This document shows, piece after piece, positions 7,899 to 17,435 of a stretch of 64,000 nt of DNA (its first letter is position 1; each line of letters starts with the position of its first letter). The notes beneath the pieces are model-generated. The model searched no databases and was not told the origin of the DNA. It worked only from the letters and a program-made list of their open reading frames with translations. Source of the stretch: an uncultured Bacteroidales bacterium. Its GTDB lineage: Bacteria; Bacteroidota; Bacteroidia; Bacteroidales; Bacteroidaceae. The DNA is taken from positions 30,877-94,876 of the forward strand of contig CADBXO010000010.1 of NCBI GenBank assembly GCA_902798685.1, in the 5' to 3' direction. A program made the position numbers and the translations under genes.

Positions 7899-10800
7899 AT
7901 GGGGAGAAAATTATACATATACTCTGATCATAATCGATATGAGTACCGTATTGAGCATGGAGATGTACCCTTCCTGAAAATCGGTGACACTGGACAGGAA
8001 GACACAAGTGTCCGAGTGGGACAACAGGACACCACCAGTTCTAGCGAGCCTTTAGATATAAAGTATGAAATAGGATTACCCGACGGAATAAGGGACCATG
8101 ACATTCATGAGTTTTTACTCTCTAAGAATGTCCCTATTACGCGTATAGACAAAAAAAGAGAATGGTTTCAAGTTAAGTTAGAAGAGGCAATTCTTCTAAT
8201 TAACGAATTTCTTTATGGAAGCCATCGTCCAGATAGTTATGCAATGCGCGATGAGCAACAATTAGCTCATGATAAAATCGTAACCTTTTTTAATTCACAT
8301 GATTCTGAACCTAAAGCAGAGTTTTTACTTGCTGCAAAAATGCGTTTTGGTAAGAATTTCACCTTACTAAACGCAATTAAAACTCTTAAGTGTAAGATAG
8401 TATTGGTAATAACATATAAACCTTGGGTTTTTGATTCACTTGAGAAAGACATTAACAATCACGTATTATTTGAAGACTTCCAGTATGTTGATTTCCTTAA
8501 AGACAGATGCTTGTGTACATTATGTGATTCAAAAGTTAATATTATAGTTGCATCTGCTCAATTAAGTCTCAATGAGAGCAAGGACAACTCCAACAACGAA
8601 AAGGACCAAGCTGACAACATCCTCAATAAGATTCGTCAAAACTTGCAGACACTTAAGAGACTCCATTTTGATATGATTATTGTAGATGAGTACCACTACG
8701 GTACTACTACGGCCAATTTTAAATCATTATTAAATGAGCTTGATTATTCGCGACTTGTATATGTTAGTGGTACAGCTATGCGTGATATCCAATCTCATAG
8801 ATTTGATGATGATCAACTTTTTAATTGGACCTATATTGATGAGCAAATGAAACCCGGCAACGACATGCCCCGAATGAGATTATTTGCCTTGTCGCTTGAC
8901 GAATCCATTATAAAAGAAGCTCAGAAATATTATGCTGAGGATGATTATCCCAATATGACTAAATTATTTGAAGTGGATAAGAATAATGAATTTGTTCACA
9001 AGAATATGGTCAGCATGACTCTCAAACAGATATTCGGGATAGGAGGACAGCACAGACAAGCTAGCCCATTTCTAATAGATGGAATAGATACGCCCAAGCA
9101 TATATTTTGTTTGATGCCACCAAATGTTAGGTCTATACAAGCGATGTCAAATCTAATAGAAAGAGATTATGGACACCGTTTTGTAGTTATTAAAGCCAGC
9201 GGTTCCGATGGCGTGAAAACAGAGAAAGAACTTCTATCCCATATAAATAAAGCTAAAGCAGATAATAAATCCACCATTACATTATCGTGTATTCGTTTTC
9301 GTGAGGGAGTGACTATACCAGATTGGGATAGTGTAATAATGCTCGACGATGGAGAAAGCGCAGTATCCTATTTTCAAGCCATATTTAGATGCCAATCCCA
9401 AAGAAAAGAAAAACCACTAAAGCGAGAATGTTTTGTTTTTGATTATAACCCACAGCGCATGTTGATGCTGACATATCTAATGACTGAAGTTCAGAGTCTT
9501 ACTTCTAAAGATAGTCATCAACAAACTGCCAAACGATTCCTGGACTGCGCACCAATGGTAGGTTATGACGCACAAAATAAATTATACAACGTTGATATAG
9601 ATTATTTGCTTTCTTCATTCTTTATAGGGAATAAAGTAATTGGCAAAGGCTTCCGTTCATTTGATCAAGAAAGGAATTTCAACCTCGAAGCACTTAATAA
9701 TATTGACAAGGCATATATTAAATTGCTCCCACAGATAAAAAATGGTAAGCATAAAACTATTATTGAAGTAGTAAGCGATAACCGTATAGGTGGAGGAAAA
9801 ATCACAAAAGGAAGGAAAGTTAAGAAAAGTGGCAGGAAGGCTAAACAAAACGAAATAGAGAGTTTAAAACAATCATTGAGATACATCTCAAGTCGTTTAC
9901 CAGAGTACATGTTTAACACTATCGAGAACGAGCATTCGTTACAAGATATCCTTGATACTGAAACTAAAGCTAGCTATTCTTTTTTTCGAGACCTTTGTCT
10001 AACAGATCTAGAAGTATTTAAGCAATTGATCAAAGACCAAATCCTCGACGAACGTCTTATGAACCGACTTATTAGCAACTATAAGATGGAGGAGGATAGT
10101 TTTTGGAAGAATCGCACCCCAGAAGGATATGATTATATGAGTAAGAAATACTTCATTGACAGTGAAGAAGAAATTAAAACTCCTATCGTATTAGCCAGAC
10201 TCATGTTAGATATGTTACCTGATGACATATGGTCTAACCCAGAAATATCCTTCTGTGATATGGCATGTAAAGACCCATCGTTTTTACTTGTAATCAAATA
10301 TCGTTTAATGGAAGGATTAAAAAGCACTATTCCTGATGATGAGACGCGTGAACAGCATATCCTAAAGAACATGCTCTATGGCCTGTGTCGTACTAAAACT
10401 CAGCAGAACTTCATATGCCGCGTTTTAAAAATGGGAAAACACAGTAAACACATTATTTTTTGCAATAATAATATCCAAGATTTTTTAAAACATACTGTAG
10501 ATATGCCTAAGTTTGACATAGTAGTTATGAATCCGCCATACAAAAAAGGAATACACCTTGGCTTCCTTCAGCAGGCTATAAACATTGGTAAGAAGATTAT
10601 TCTTAGCATACAACCGGCACAATGGTTAATGAGCGAGAAAGATATGCTAAGAATGCGTAGTGGAAAAACACAAGAATTTTGCACTGAATATTTAAACAGG
10701 CATGGTGCTAATATTAAATTAGTAGATGGCCAGAGATTCTTTGATGCTGAAATAGCTTCATACCTAGGTATATTTTATTTTGATAAAGAAAAGACACAAA

Positions 10801-11381
10801 GGATTACGATTGAGGATGCTTCAGGTTTAGTTGCGGAATATGACAATGTGTCTAGCGTTTCTAAATACGGAAATGCGCCTATCTACCTTGGATTGAAAAA
10901 GAAGATATTAGAAGCTGCAGACAAAGACAACCTGCATACACATGTCAGAGTTACCTCAAAGTTTCTAGCTAATAAGACTTTCCCATTTGAGGACCATCCA
11001 AAAGAAAAATACTTTGTAAGAATAGCAAGAATTAGAGGGCATGTGGCAAAAAATGGCTATCAAGATGACTTCTATACTATTATACCTGATGACAGAGGAG
11101 TGGACACCGATGTTAATGATGCTACTATGTATTTCAGTTTTAATAACAAGCAAAATGCTTTGAATTTTATTACTTATCTAAAAACAGATTTTGCCCGATT
11201 TGCATTATCAATGTATAAATTAAACACATCACTAGACACTGGTGAATTGTATGCAATTCCATGGCTCGATTTTTCAAAAGTATGGGACGACAATAAACTT
11301 GAAAAACTATTTTCCATCACTAGCGAAGAAAGGTCTTTTATTAGAGCACATATCCCTGATTTCTATGGAATACGCAAGTAA
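7899..11381 (+). CDS. T5orf172(GIY-YIG-like)-SF2 helicase-N6-adenine DNA methyltransferase-TRD fusion protein
   Basis: aa 5-100: LYIYSD..FLKIGDT..VRVGQQ..HEFL..REWFQV, T5orf172-like. aa 145-300: AAKMRFGKNFT (Walker A-like with GKN), IIVDEYHYG (motif II) and VSGTAMRD (motif III). aa 760-885: TPIVLARLML (X), FCDMACKDPSFLL (degenerate I) and DIVVMNPPYKKG (IV, nt 10530-10541). The C-terminus is a TaqI/Eco57I-like TRD ending in LFSITSEERSFI. Confidence 0.7.
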   Translation: MGRKLYIYSDHNRYEYRIEHGDVPFLKIGDTGQEDTSVRVGQQDTTSSSEPLDIKYEIGLPDGIRDHDIHEFLLSKNVPITRIDKKREWFQVKLEEAILLINEFLYGSHRPDSYAMRDEQQLAHDKIVTFFNSHDSEPKAEFLLAAKMRFGKNFTLLNAIKTLKCKIVLVITYKPWVFDSLEKDINNHVLFEDFQYVDFLKDRCLCTLCDSKVNIIVASAQLSLNESKDNSNNEKDQADNILNKIRQNLQTLKRLHFDMIIVDEYHYGTTTANFKSLLNELDYSRLVYVSGTAMRDIQSHRFDDDQLFNWTYIDEQMKPGNDMPRMRLFALSLDESIIKEAQKYYAEDDYPNMTKLFEVDKNNEFVHKNMVSMTLKQIFGIGGQHRQASPFLIDGIDTPKHIFCLMPPNVRSIQAMSNLIERDYGHRFVVIKASGSDGVKTEKELLSHINKAKADNKSTITLSCIRFREGVTIPDWDSVIMLDDGESAVSYFQAIFRCQSQRKEKPLKRECFVFDYNPQRMLMLTYLMTEVQSLTSKDSHQQTAKRFLDCAPMVGYDAQNKLYNVDIDYLLSSFFIGNKVIGKGFRSFDQERNFNLEALNNIDKAYIKLLPQIKNGKHKTIIEVVSDNRIGGGKITKGRKVKKSGRKAKQNEIESLKQSLRYISSRLPEYMFNTIENEHSLQDILDTETKASYSFFRDLCLTDLEVFKQLIKDQILDERLMNRLISNYKMEEDSFWKNRTPEGYDYMSKKYFIDSEEEIKTPIVLARLMLDMLPDDIWSNPEISFCDMACKDPSFLLVIKYRLMEGLKSTIPDDETREQHILKNMLYGLCRTKTQQNFICRVLKMGKHSKHIIFCNNNIQDFLKHTVDMPKFDIVVMNPPYKKGIHLGFLQQAINIGKKIILSIQPAQWLMSEKDMLRMRSGKTQEFCTEYLNRHGANIKLVDGQRFFDAEIASYLGIFYFDKEKTQRITIEDASGLVAEYDNVSSVSKYGNAPIYLGLKKKILEAADKDNLHTHVRVTSKFLANKTFPFEDHPKEKYFVRIARIRGHVAKNGYQDDFYTIIPDDRGVDTDVNDATMYFSFNNKQNALNFITYLKTDFARFALSMYKLNTSLDTGELYAIPWLDFSKVWDDNKLEKLFSITSEERSFIRAHIPDFYGIRK

Positions 11382-11793
11382 AATAGATCGAAGTAAAAGA
11401 CGCAAGCAGACTGGAGAAGATTTTACTCCCCGTGAGCTTGTAGATTATATGCTTGACAAATTACCAACAGAAGAATTCTCAAAGAATAGTAATTTTTTGG
11501 ATCCTTGTGCTGGGAATGGCAATATTATTATTCCTATCATTGAACGCAAATTGTTAGGAGGGTTGACGTATATTGAGGCTCTAGAGACTACATATGCTTT
11601 AGAACTGATGCCAGATAATGTAGAAGAAATGAAAGAGCGAATTCGTTTGCTAATAACAGAAAAGTGCGATGACGTTGACATGGAGATTGTTGAACGTATT
11701 ATTCAACATAACATTGCTTGTGGAGACGCATTTAAATGGAACTTTGACAAATGGAAATCAACAGATAACAAACAACTAGAATTATTCGATTAG
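11365..11793 (+). CDS. Half-size methyltransferase-like protein (motifs X, I, II, III only; no NPPY)
   Basis: MEYASK... has TGEDFTPRELVDYML (X), FLDPCAGNGNII (canonical motif I), ALELMPDN (II) and NIACGDAFKW (III), then ends 17 aa later. Its ATG lies 17 nt inside the end of the upstream ORF. A terminator follows directly. Confidence 0.55.
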   Translation: MEYASKIDRSKRRKQTGEDFTPRELVDYMLDKLPTEEFSKNSNFLDPCAGNGNIIIPIIERKLLGGLTYIEALETTYALELMPDNVEEMKERIRLLITEKCDDVDMEIVERIIQHNIACGDAFKWNFDKWKSTDNKQLELFD

Positions 11794-11807
11794 AACGCGA
11801 TACGAGT

Positions 11808-11855
11808 AATCCCCGCTACCAAAAGCAAACGGTTGTGGGGATTGCTGTTTTTATT
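11808..11855 (+). terminator. Intrinsic terminator after the mini-MTase
   Basis: AATCCCC...GGGGATT stem followed by GCTGTTTTTATTTTT. Confidence 0.6.
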
Positions 11856-12009
11856 TTTCCGAACGAGACATCTTCCATTTCACCTATATACATCCGTTGA
11901 CAAACAAACGAATTGCCATCTTAGACTGGGAAAACTCCTTGCCTCTTCATTACGACTCATAAATAACAAATAGAACACATCCGTTGGTAATTCTTTCGCT
12001 TATTAAGTG

Positions 12010-12017
12010 TACATTTG
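12010..12017 (+). promoter_or_regulatory. -7 box TACATTTG
   Basis: Exact TAnnTTTG 53 nt upstream of the 12070 ATG. Confidence 0.45.
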
Positions 12018-12069
12018 AAGAAATGAACTATTAATCTTAACCTTATAATCAAACCAAGCATCAAGCCTG

Positions 12070-13602
12070 ATGGAGTTTTCATTAAAAGACAACAACTATA
12101 TGGCTCCTTTTATGGGAGAGAAAAAACTGCCAAGTTTTGGACTAAACCCTTTAGGCATTAGAACAGCCTCCGAGCAACTTTTTACCACCCTCTTACCTGG
12201 ACTTAACGTCGTTACATTAAGAGTAAGATATTACAGTTTTTATTGTTGGCTACTAAAAAACTTTTATGAGCCTAGGACAGATGCCCATCTTTATGACTTT
12301 AAAAAGCACATCAGAACCTCAGAGTTATTAATGGCATTAATTCATGCTAATAGTAATACTCCTAAAGGGATACCGGGTATAACAAGAGCAAATGAGATAA
12401 TAAACAGAAATGGAGAAAATATTTTCTTTTTAGATGACGCAATGCCCGATGGCAAAGCCACCGGAGGATATTGGAAAGGAACCAATGGCGCCTTGGGAAC
12501 ATATTATGCTGCTTCAATGCAAGAAATCGGTCTTATTCTTCCATTAACAAAGAACAATAAATTCTACAATGTAACACCCTATACTGATTCGTACATCTCT
12601 GGAGAACAACTGGCGGATGCTTTTGAAAATACAATAGGTAAAGATTTGTCATCTTCATTCCGAGAATGTGCCCAAACCTGCGCTGTAACGAAATCCCAGC
12701 TCGTAGAAATGGAAACCAAGTTTCAGACTCATATAATGCCTAATAATGAAGAACGCCGAATCCTTCTAAACATGTTGCTTCAAAAAGACACACCAAGAAG
12801 CGACACAGAAAGTTATATGCGACGAGATACATTATGCTTTCTGTTGAACTATATTCAAGACAATGATTATCAACCCTTCACAGAGTTAGGTTTTGCCAAA
12901 TACATGTACGAAAGCTACAAGAAAAATAGATTTAGCAATATTACAGCTCTTGGATGGTACGACTATTACTTAAACGATAATAGACAATTTGAAGCTCTCA
13001 ACCTATTTGATGAAGTATTGGAGAGATTGATTAATAGTCAAAGACCTGGCAAATGGGAAGAAATTGAAGACTTCTCAAACAAACTGGCATATGAAACATG
13101 TTCAGATTTTGGAAACCCACATGAAAAATTATCCTCATTATTCTCCCGTTGGGAAACAATTTCGACCGCCAATCTCACTAATACTATATCCAAAGCATTT
13201 TATAGATTCTTTGACGACTACGTTAGAAATGAAGGATACGAAAAATGCAAAGAAGAAATCAAAAGAAAGTTTTGGAGTGTTCGCAATGATGCCATAGATT
13301 TTTTTGACTCGATAAAAAAATGCTTGGATTACACATTGGTTGATTATATCAAACAATTCCTGAAACAAAATATCATATACGGACACTATGGAGAGGCTAT
13401 GAGAAAATATGCTCAGAACGGCGTACCAACACATAAATTATTGATTGAAGATGGTTATGTCAAAGGTCTTGAAAGATATGGCTCATCACATAGTTCTCCA
13501 CGTGTTGAAACATTATACACCTTTGCTACAGATCTTGGAATAATAGATAATAATCAGCTAACTAATGATGGCAAAGAACTCTTAAAGATGATAGCAATAT
13601 GA
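12070..13602 (+). CDS. Unknown 510-aa protein, partner of the PLD-motif protein
   Basis: Long uninterrupted ORF in an AT-rich region. Its stop overlaps the next ATG (ATGA at 13599-13602). I recognise no catalytic motif. The N-terminal block is GLNPLGIRTASEQLFTTLLPGLNVVTLRVRYYSFYCW. Confidence 0.7.
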   Translation: MEFSLKDNNYMAPFMGEKKLPSFGLNPLGIRTASEQLFTTLLPGLNVVTLRVRYYSFYCWLLKNFYEPRTDAHLYDFKKHIRTSELLMALIHANSNTPKGIPGITRANEIINRNGENIFFLDDAMPDGKATGGYWKGTNGALGTYYAASMQEIGLILPLTKNNKFYNVTPYTDSYISGEQLADAFENTIGKDLSSSFRECAQTCAVTKSQLVEMETKFQTHIMPNNEERRILLNMLLQKDTPRSDTESYMRRDTLCFLLNYIQDNDYQPFTELGFAKYMYESYKKNRFSNITALGWYDYYLNDNRQFEALNLFDEVLERLINSQRPGKWEEIEDFSNKLAYETCSDFGNPHEKLSSLFSRWETISTANLTNTISKAFYRFFDDYVRNEGYEKCKEEIKRKFWSVRNDAIDFFDSIKKCLDYTLVDYIKQFLKQNIIYGHYGEAMRKYAQNGVPTHKLLIEDGYVKGLERYGSSHSSPRVETLYTFATDLGIIDNNQLTNDGKELLKMIAI

Positions 13603-16109
13603 TTGAAAGAAACAACATTATAAACTTATTGTCAAAAAGAGTAAATGTATATCATTCAGCCATTTTGACTTGTTACAACTTTGATTCTGTTTTCTTTGAA
13701 TCTGTTTACTTGCCCAAATTACGAAAAATAGGAGTTGTAAATATAATTGTTGTCATGGATGCTGGCATTTATGATTCCATGCTTAACGATATAAACTACA
13801 AATATCACCCAGTTGGAGGAGCAGATTATACACTTTTAAGAAAGGCAAATAATCATTTTGGTGTATTTCACTCCAAAATAACAATGCTCTTCGGTAAGGA
13901 AGAAGGCATATTAATTGCCGGATCTGGAAACATTACATTTAGTGGATTATCGCAGAACGAAGAGATTTGGAACGCATTTCACATAAAGGGTAACGAATCT
14001 CCTTTCTATCCTCTATATTATAATGCATGGAAATACATTAAAGGTATCCTACATAATATTCCATTTCTTGCAAGAAAACAGATTGATTGGATAGAGGAAA
14101 ATAGCGAATGGATAGTCAAGAAAACAGACAACCTGCCAGTAGTTTTAAAAAACGGAGAGTCATTATGGTTGCTCTACAACGATACATCAAATAAGATATT
14201 TGATTCATTGGTTTCTATCATAAATAAAAACACAGTTAAGGAGATAACTGCTATTGCACCTTTTTATGACAATAAAGGAGAGGCTATCACCGCATTAAAA
14301 AAAGCTTTTAACCCATCTTCATTTCGTTGCATACTAGATAAAGAAAGACACAGTGCTCCATCCTTATTATTTGATAAAGAATATGGTTTTTCTTTTTATG
14401 AATACCTTAACAAAAGCCATTTACTTCATGCTAAATTATTTGAATTCAAAACAGATAGCGGAACTTGGATAATGAGTGGCAGCGCTAATGCCAGTGGTTT
14501 AGCTTTTGGAACTAATAGTAATAGATATAACGATGAATTATGCATTCTTATTCATAACCCCAAGAATATTGATTATATAAATGAGCTTGAGTTGATTAGT
14601 AACATCAACCAAATTAAAAATGAAGAATTAAGAAAATTCGAAGCATTAAATCCTAATAAGAAAGAAACAAGTGAAAGAGAAGTTTACATAAACTATTCTG
14701 AATATGATGAAACTGGGCTCCACATCTCATTCTCAGAAGAAGGTCACAAAGGTTCGTTATTAGTTTTGGATAAGCAAGCTAACGTTCGCTTTAAAACTGA
14801 TATAACGACTATATATACCATCAACGTTAACATCCCCGATGAAATAGAAGGCGTCATAAACTTCGTAGTACTTCAAAAAGATGGAGTGGACATCTCAAAT
14901 CGTAGTCTGGTAATAAGAGAAAACCAAGTTGAGAAACAGAATCCTGATTCCAAACATCGAGAATTAACAAAACTATTAACAGAAGAAGGACTATTTGAAA
15001 ATTTAGACAACATATTAAAATTCATTAGTTTCGAGGAGAAGAATGAGATAAATGTATCATCTGGAGGGATTAGCACAAATAAACAAAATGAGAATGATGA
15101 TGGCCCTTCAATTCAAAAAGAAGACTTTTATGCTTTAAAAGACAAAACAAAGCAAAGTATTAGTTCAAAGCCTAATGTGCAAATTCTAGATTATATATCA
15201 TTATACTTATTTAAAGTGCAGACAGAAGCTATAGGCAATGATCAAAACCAAAGATTAGAAGAAGCCAATCCGGAGGATGACTCATCATATGATGAACAAG
15301 TTGTCGATTATAACTTAGCTCAAAAAAGCGAAGACATCATTCTTAGATATCTAAAAAGGATGAATAAGTTTTATGTCAAAAAGATCAAACAAACTGACGA
15401 AAGTTGCGCTATAGCTGGCGAAGTGGATCACCTTCATATTTTTACGGACAAACCGGATATCAATGCATTCTGCTCTTTAGCTATTGCATGTAAAATGGTG
15501 TCATATATGGTGAGCACCAATGGCGCATTGATGACGAAAAAGGATAAAATTAAAACATTATTATTAGAAAACTCGACTTTATTCTTCGCTATTTATTATA
15601 ACCATTTTCCATCTGAGAACACGAATGAAGACAAGAAAAGCAGGATAATACTAACAGAAGCAATAGCACAATTAATGGCCGCTCTTTCATCTTTTTACTT
15701 TTACAAGGAAGAAAACGATCTAATTCTTTCTCTGTTGAATTGTTTTGATTATTGCGGCAAAACATCCACTCAATTATTAAATGATAGTTTTAATCAGTAT
15801 TGTTCTTTGATAAACGAAATGGATACAGTCAAGGATTCTACTGTATCTTTAATCAAAAAAATATATAGCGTATATTCTAGCAAAACTGACAATCCTTTAA
15901 TAAACTTCTCCATTTATATGGATACAATATTCATTCGGAGAAACAAGTATGGTTTCTTATTAGCAAAGGTTAAACACGATAATAACGTCGAATCAAACAT
16001 CTGGAAATACACTTATCATCATCCAAGAATGAAATATATAACTCCCAAAATATACTACGGGGTAAGCAAAAAATCATTTATAGGATACCGATCAGAAGTA
16101 TTCCATTAA
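13599..16109 (+). CDS. Phospholipase-D-superfamily (two HKD motifs) protein with ~500-aa C-terminal region
   Basis: HKD-1 is FHSKITMLFGKEEGILIAGSGNITFSGL (aa 90-116, from nt ~13866). HKD-2 is LHAKLFEFKTDSGTWIMSGSANASGL (aa 276-301, from nt ~14424). Both fit H.K....x(n)GS.N. An acidic low-complexity linker and a helical C-terminal part follow. Confidence 0.75.
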   Translation: MIERNNIINLLSKRVNVYHSAILTCYNFDSVFFESVYLPKLRKIGVVNIIVVMDAGIYDSMLNDINYKYHPVGGADYTLLRKANNHFGVFHSKITMLFGKEEGILIAGSGNITFSGLSQNEEIWNAFHIKGNESPFYPLYYNAWKYIKGILHNIPFLARKQIDWIEENSEWIVKKTDNLPVVLKNGESLWLLYNDTSNKIFDSLVSIINKNTVKEITAIAPFYDNKGEAITALKKAFNPSSFRCILDKERHSAPSLLFDKEYGFSFYEYLNKSHLLHAKLFEFKTDSGTWIMSGSANASGLAFGTNSNRYNDELCILIHNPKNIDYINELELISNINQIKNEELRKFEALNPNKKETSEREVYINYSEYDETGLHISFSEEGHKGSLLVLDKQANVRFKTDITTIYTINVNIPDEIEGVINFVVLQKDGVDISNRSLVIRENQVEKQNPDSKHRELTKLLTEEGLFENLDNILKFISFEEKNEINVSSGGISTNKQNENDDGPSIQKEDFYALKDKTKQSISSKPNVQILDYISLYLFKVQTEAIGNDQNQRLEEANPEDDSSYDEQVVDYNLAQKSEDIILRYLKRMNKFYVKKIKQTDESCAIAGEVDHLHIFTDKPDINAFCSLAIACKMVSYMVSTNGALMTKKDKIKTLLLENSTLFFAIYYNHFPSENTNEDKKSRIILTEAIAQLMAALSSFYFYKEENDLILSLLNCFDYCGKTSTQLLNDSFNQYCSLINEMDTVKDSTVSLIKKIYSVYSSKTDNPLINFSIYMDTIFIRRNKYGFLLAKVKHDNNVESNIWKYTYHHPRMKYITPKIYYGVSKKSFIGYRSEVFH

Positions 16110-16124
16110 TATTACGAGTCTTAT

Positions 16125-16164
16125 AAAGCCGCCGTTGAACATTGTTTTAACGACGGCTTTTATG
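16125..16164 (+). terminator. Intrinsic terminator after the PLD gene
   Basis: AAAGCCGCCGTT-loop-AACGACGGCTTT (11/12 bp) followed by T residues. Confidence 0.65.
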
Positions 16165-16217
16165 TGCTATTTGTGTATAAAAAACGCTCTTCGAACTCAA
16201 TAATATAATTCGTTCAC

Positions 16218-16225
16218 TATCTTTG
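16218..16225 (+). promoter_or_regulatory. -7 box TATCTTTG
   Basis: Exact TAnnTTTG upstream of the 16311 ORF. Confidence 0.4.
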
Positions 16226-16310
16226 GCTTTGCAATATGATTATGAACTAATTATTGGACATAATCTGTCCGTTATATACAATAACCTTAAACAATAATTG
16301 AATATGACAA

Positions 16311-16877
16311 ATGACAACAAAAAGAAAAGAGGTCAAAAAAACTCAAGAGAAGGAGAATTACTCCCAAGACCAATGCCCCGTATTGAATACCCTGGCTCAA
16401 CAAAGAATGAAATGCCAGGACCCGGACACTAAAAAGTCTCCACAAGAAGTTTTAGAAGAAGAACAGGAGAAATATGAGGATCAGGTTCAAGGATTTATGG
16501 GAGACCAATCCGGTCTTTTCTCCTCAGTTGGCAGAAGTCTCATTTTTGGAATAATTGGTACTATCTGGGTAATCACTTACGTAGATGGCAAGTTGAATAT
16601 TCCAAACAAATGGCTTCTTTACTCTTTAATAATAAGTCTATTTTACCTGTTAGCTGATGTATGCCATTATTTCTCGGATACAATTAGTTATCAGAAAGAA
16701 TCCAAAAAGATTTTGACTTACAATACAATTCCAGAATTAAAGATAAAACTCAGGGAAGGACTGACTAAGGTTAACAGAAGAAGTGTCACCTTCGTCATAA
16801 TAAAATTTGTAATTCTATTTGTAACTGCAATCGTATTTGGAGTAGGACTCTTCTTTAAAATTAAACTAAATCATTAA
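16311..16877 (+). CDS. Membrane protein, unknown function (acidic N-terminus, about 3 TM helices)
   Basis: 188-aa ORF with hydrophobic segments LIFGIIGTIWVITYV, LLYSLIISLFYLLADV and FVIIKFVILFVTAIVFGVGLFF. Confidence 0.5.
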   Translation: MTTKRKEVKKTQEKENYSQDQCPVLNTLAQQRMKCQDPDTKKSPQEVLEEEQEKYEDQVQGFMGDQSGLFSSVGRSLIFGIIGTIWVITYVDGKLNIPNKWLLYSLIISLFYLLADVCHYFSDTISYQKESKKILTYNTIPELKIKLREGLTKVNRRSVTFVIIKFVILFVTAIVFGVGLFFKIKLNH

Positions 16878-16894
16878 AGAACCAATGGGGACAG

Positions 16895-16922
16895 TACAAA
16901 AGGGGGCAAACCCCTTTTGTGC
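16895..16922. repeat. REP-like hairpin TACAAAAGGGG-GCAAA-CCCCTTTTGT
   Basis: Member of the (G)TACAAWWGGGG..CCCCWWTTGTAC family seen 5 times in the window. It sits between convergent genes. Confidence 0.7.
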
Positions 16923-16948
16923 TATTATATCGTGCAGGTATAGGCCTA

Positions 16949-17338
16949 CTAAAGGAAGGCCATGAAGCTGGCGGGCAGATAAACGTTGGGGAAGACGGCC
17001 GCGTGCGCAAACATCGGCCCAATCTGGGATTCGCGATAGCCGGCTATGCCGCAGCCTATAGGAGTTACCAGGAACTTGTACTCGGGATGTTGCTTTGCAA
17101 AGGCTATGAAGCGGTCCACTGCGAGTTTGAGGCTATCCAGGCCTTCCATTGTTGGAATGGCGTAGGATTGGCCTTGCAGGCCCTCGCCCACTCCCCACTC
17201 TGCCCCAAAGTGATCCAGAGCAAAACGGGCGGCTCCACCGGCGTGCATTCCGCGGGCATTACTTCCAAAGACGAATATCTCACCGGGCATTAGGGCGGTT
17301 ATGATATCTGGAGTTATTCTTGTAGCGGCGGGTTCCAT
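16949..17338 (-). CDS. A1S_2505-family phage-associated protein
   Basis: EIFVFGSNARGMHAGGAARFALDHFGAEWGVGEGLQGQSYAIPT...VTPIGCGIAGY...IGPMF matches my memory of this conserved phage non-structural family. I prefer the ATG at 17338 over the TTG at 17347. The + strand ORF 16919-17293 is its antisense shadow. Confidence 0.55.
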   Translation of the reverse strand: MEPAATRITPDIITALMPGEIFVFGSNARGMHAGGAARFALDHFGAEWGVGEGLQGQSYAIPTMEGLDSLKLAVDRFIAFAKQHPEYKFLVTPIGCGIAGYRESQIGPMFAHAAVFPNVYLPASFMAFL

Positions 17339-17435
17339 TTGACACAAAGATAATGATTAACACACAATCTGTGACTTGAGAAGTAGTGAATACAAATAAT
17401 TAAATACTTTTGTAAGAACAGAAACTTATAAACTT

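Noticed and set aside
11242-11364. Upstream part of the 183-aa track ORF overlapping the helicase-MTase C-terminus
   Set aside because: That part lies fully inside the large ORF's TRD in another frame. The methyltransferase-like sequence starts only at MEYASK (11365).
16919-17293. 124-aa plus-strand ORF opposite the A1S_2505-like gene
   Set aside because: The minus-strand frame carries the recognisable FVFGSN / SYAIPT / IGCGIAGY blocks. The plus-strand product has no recognisable features.
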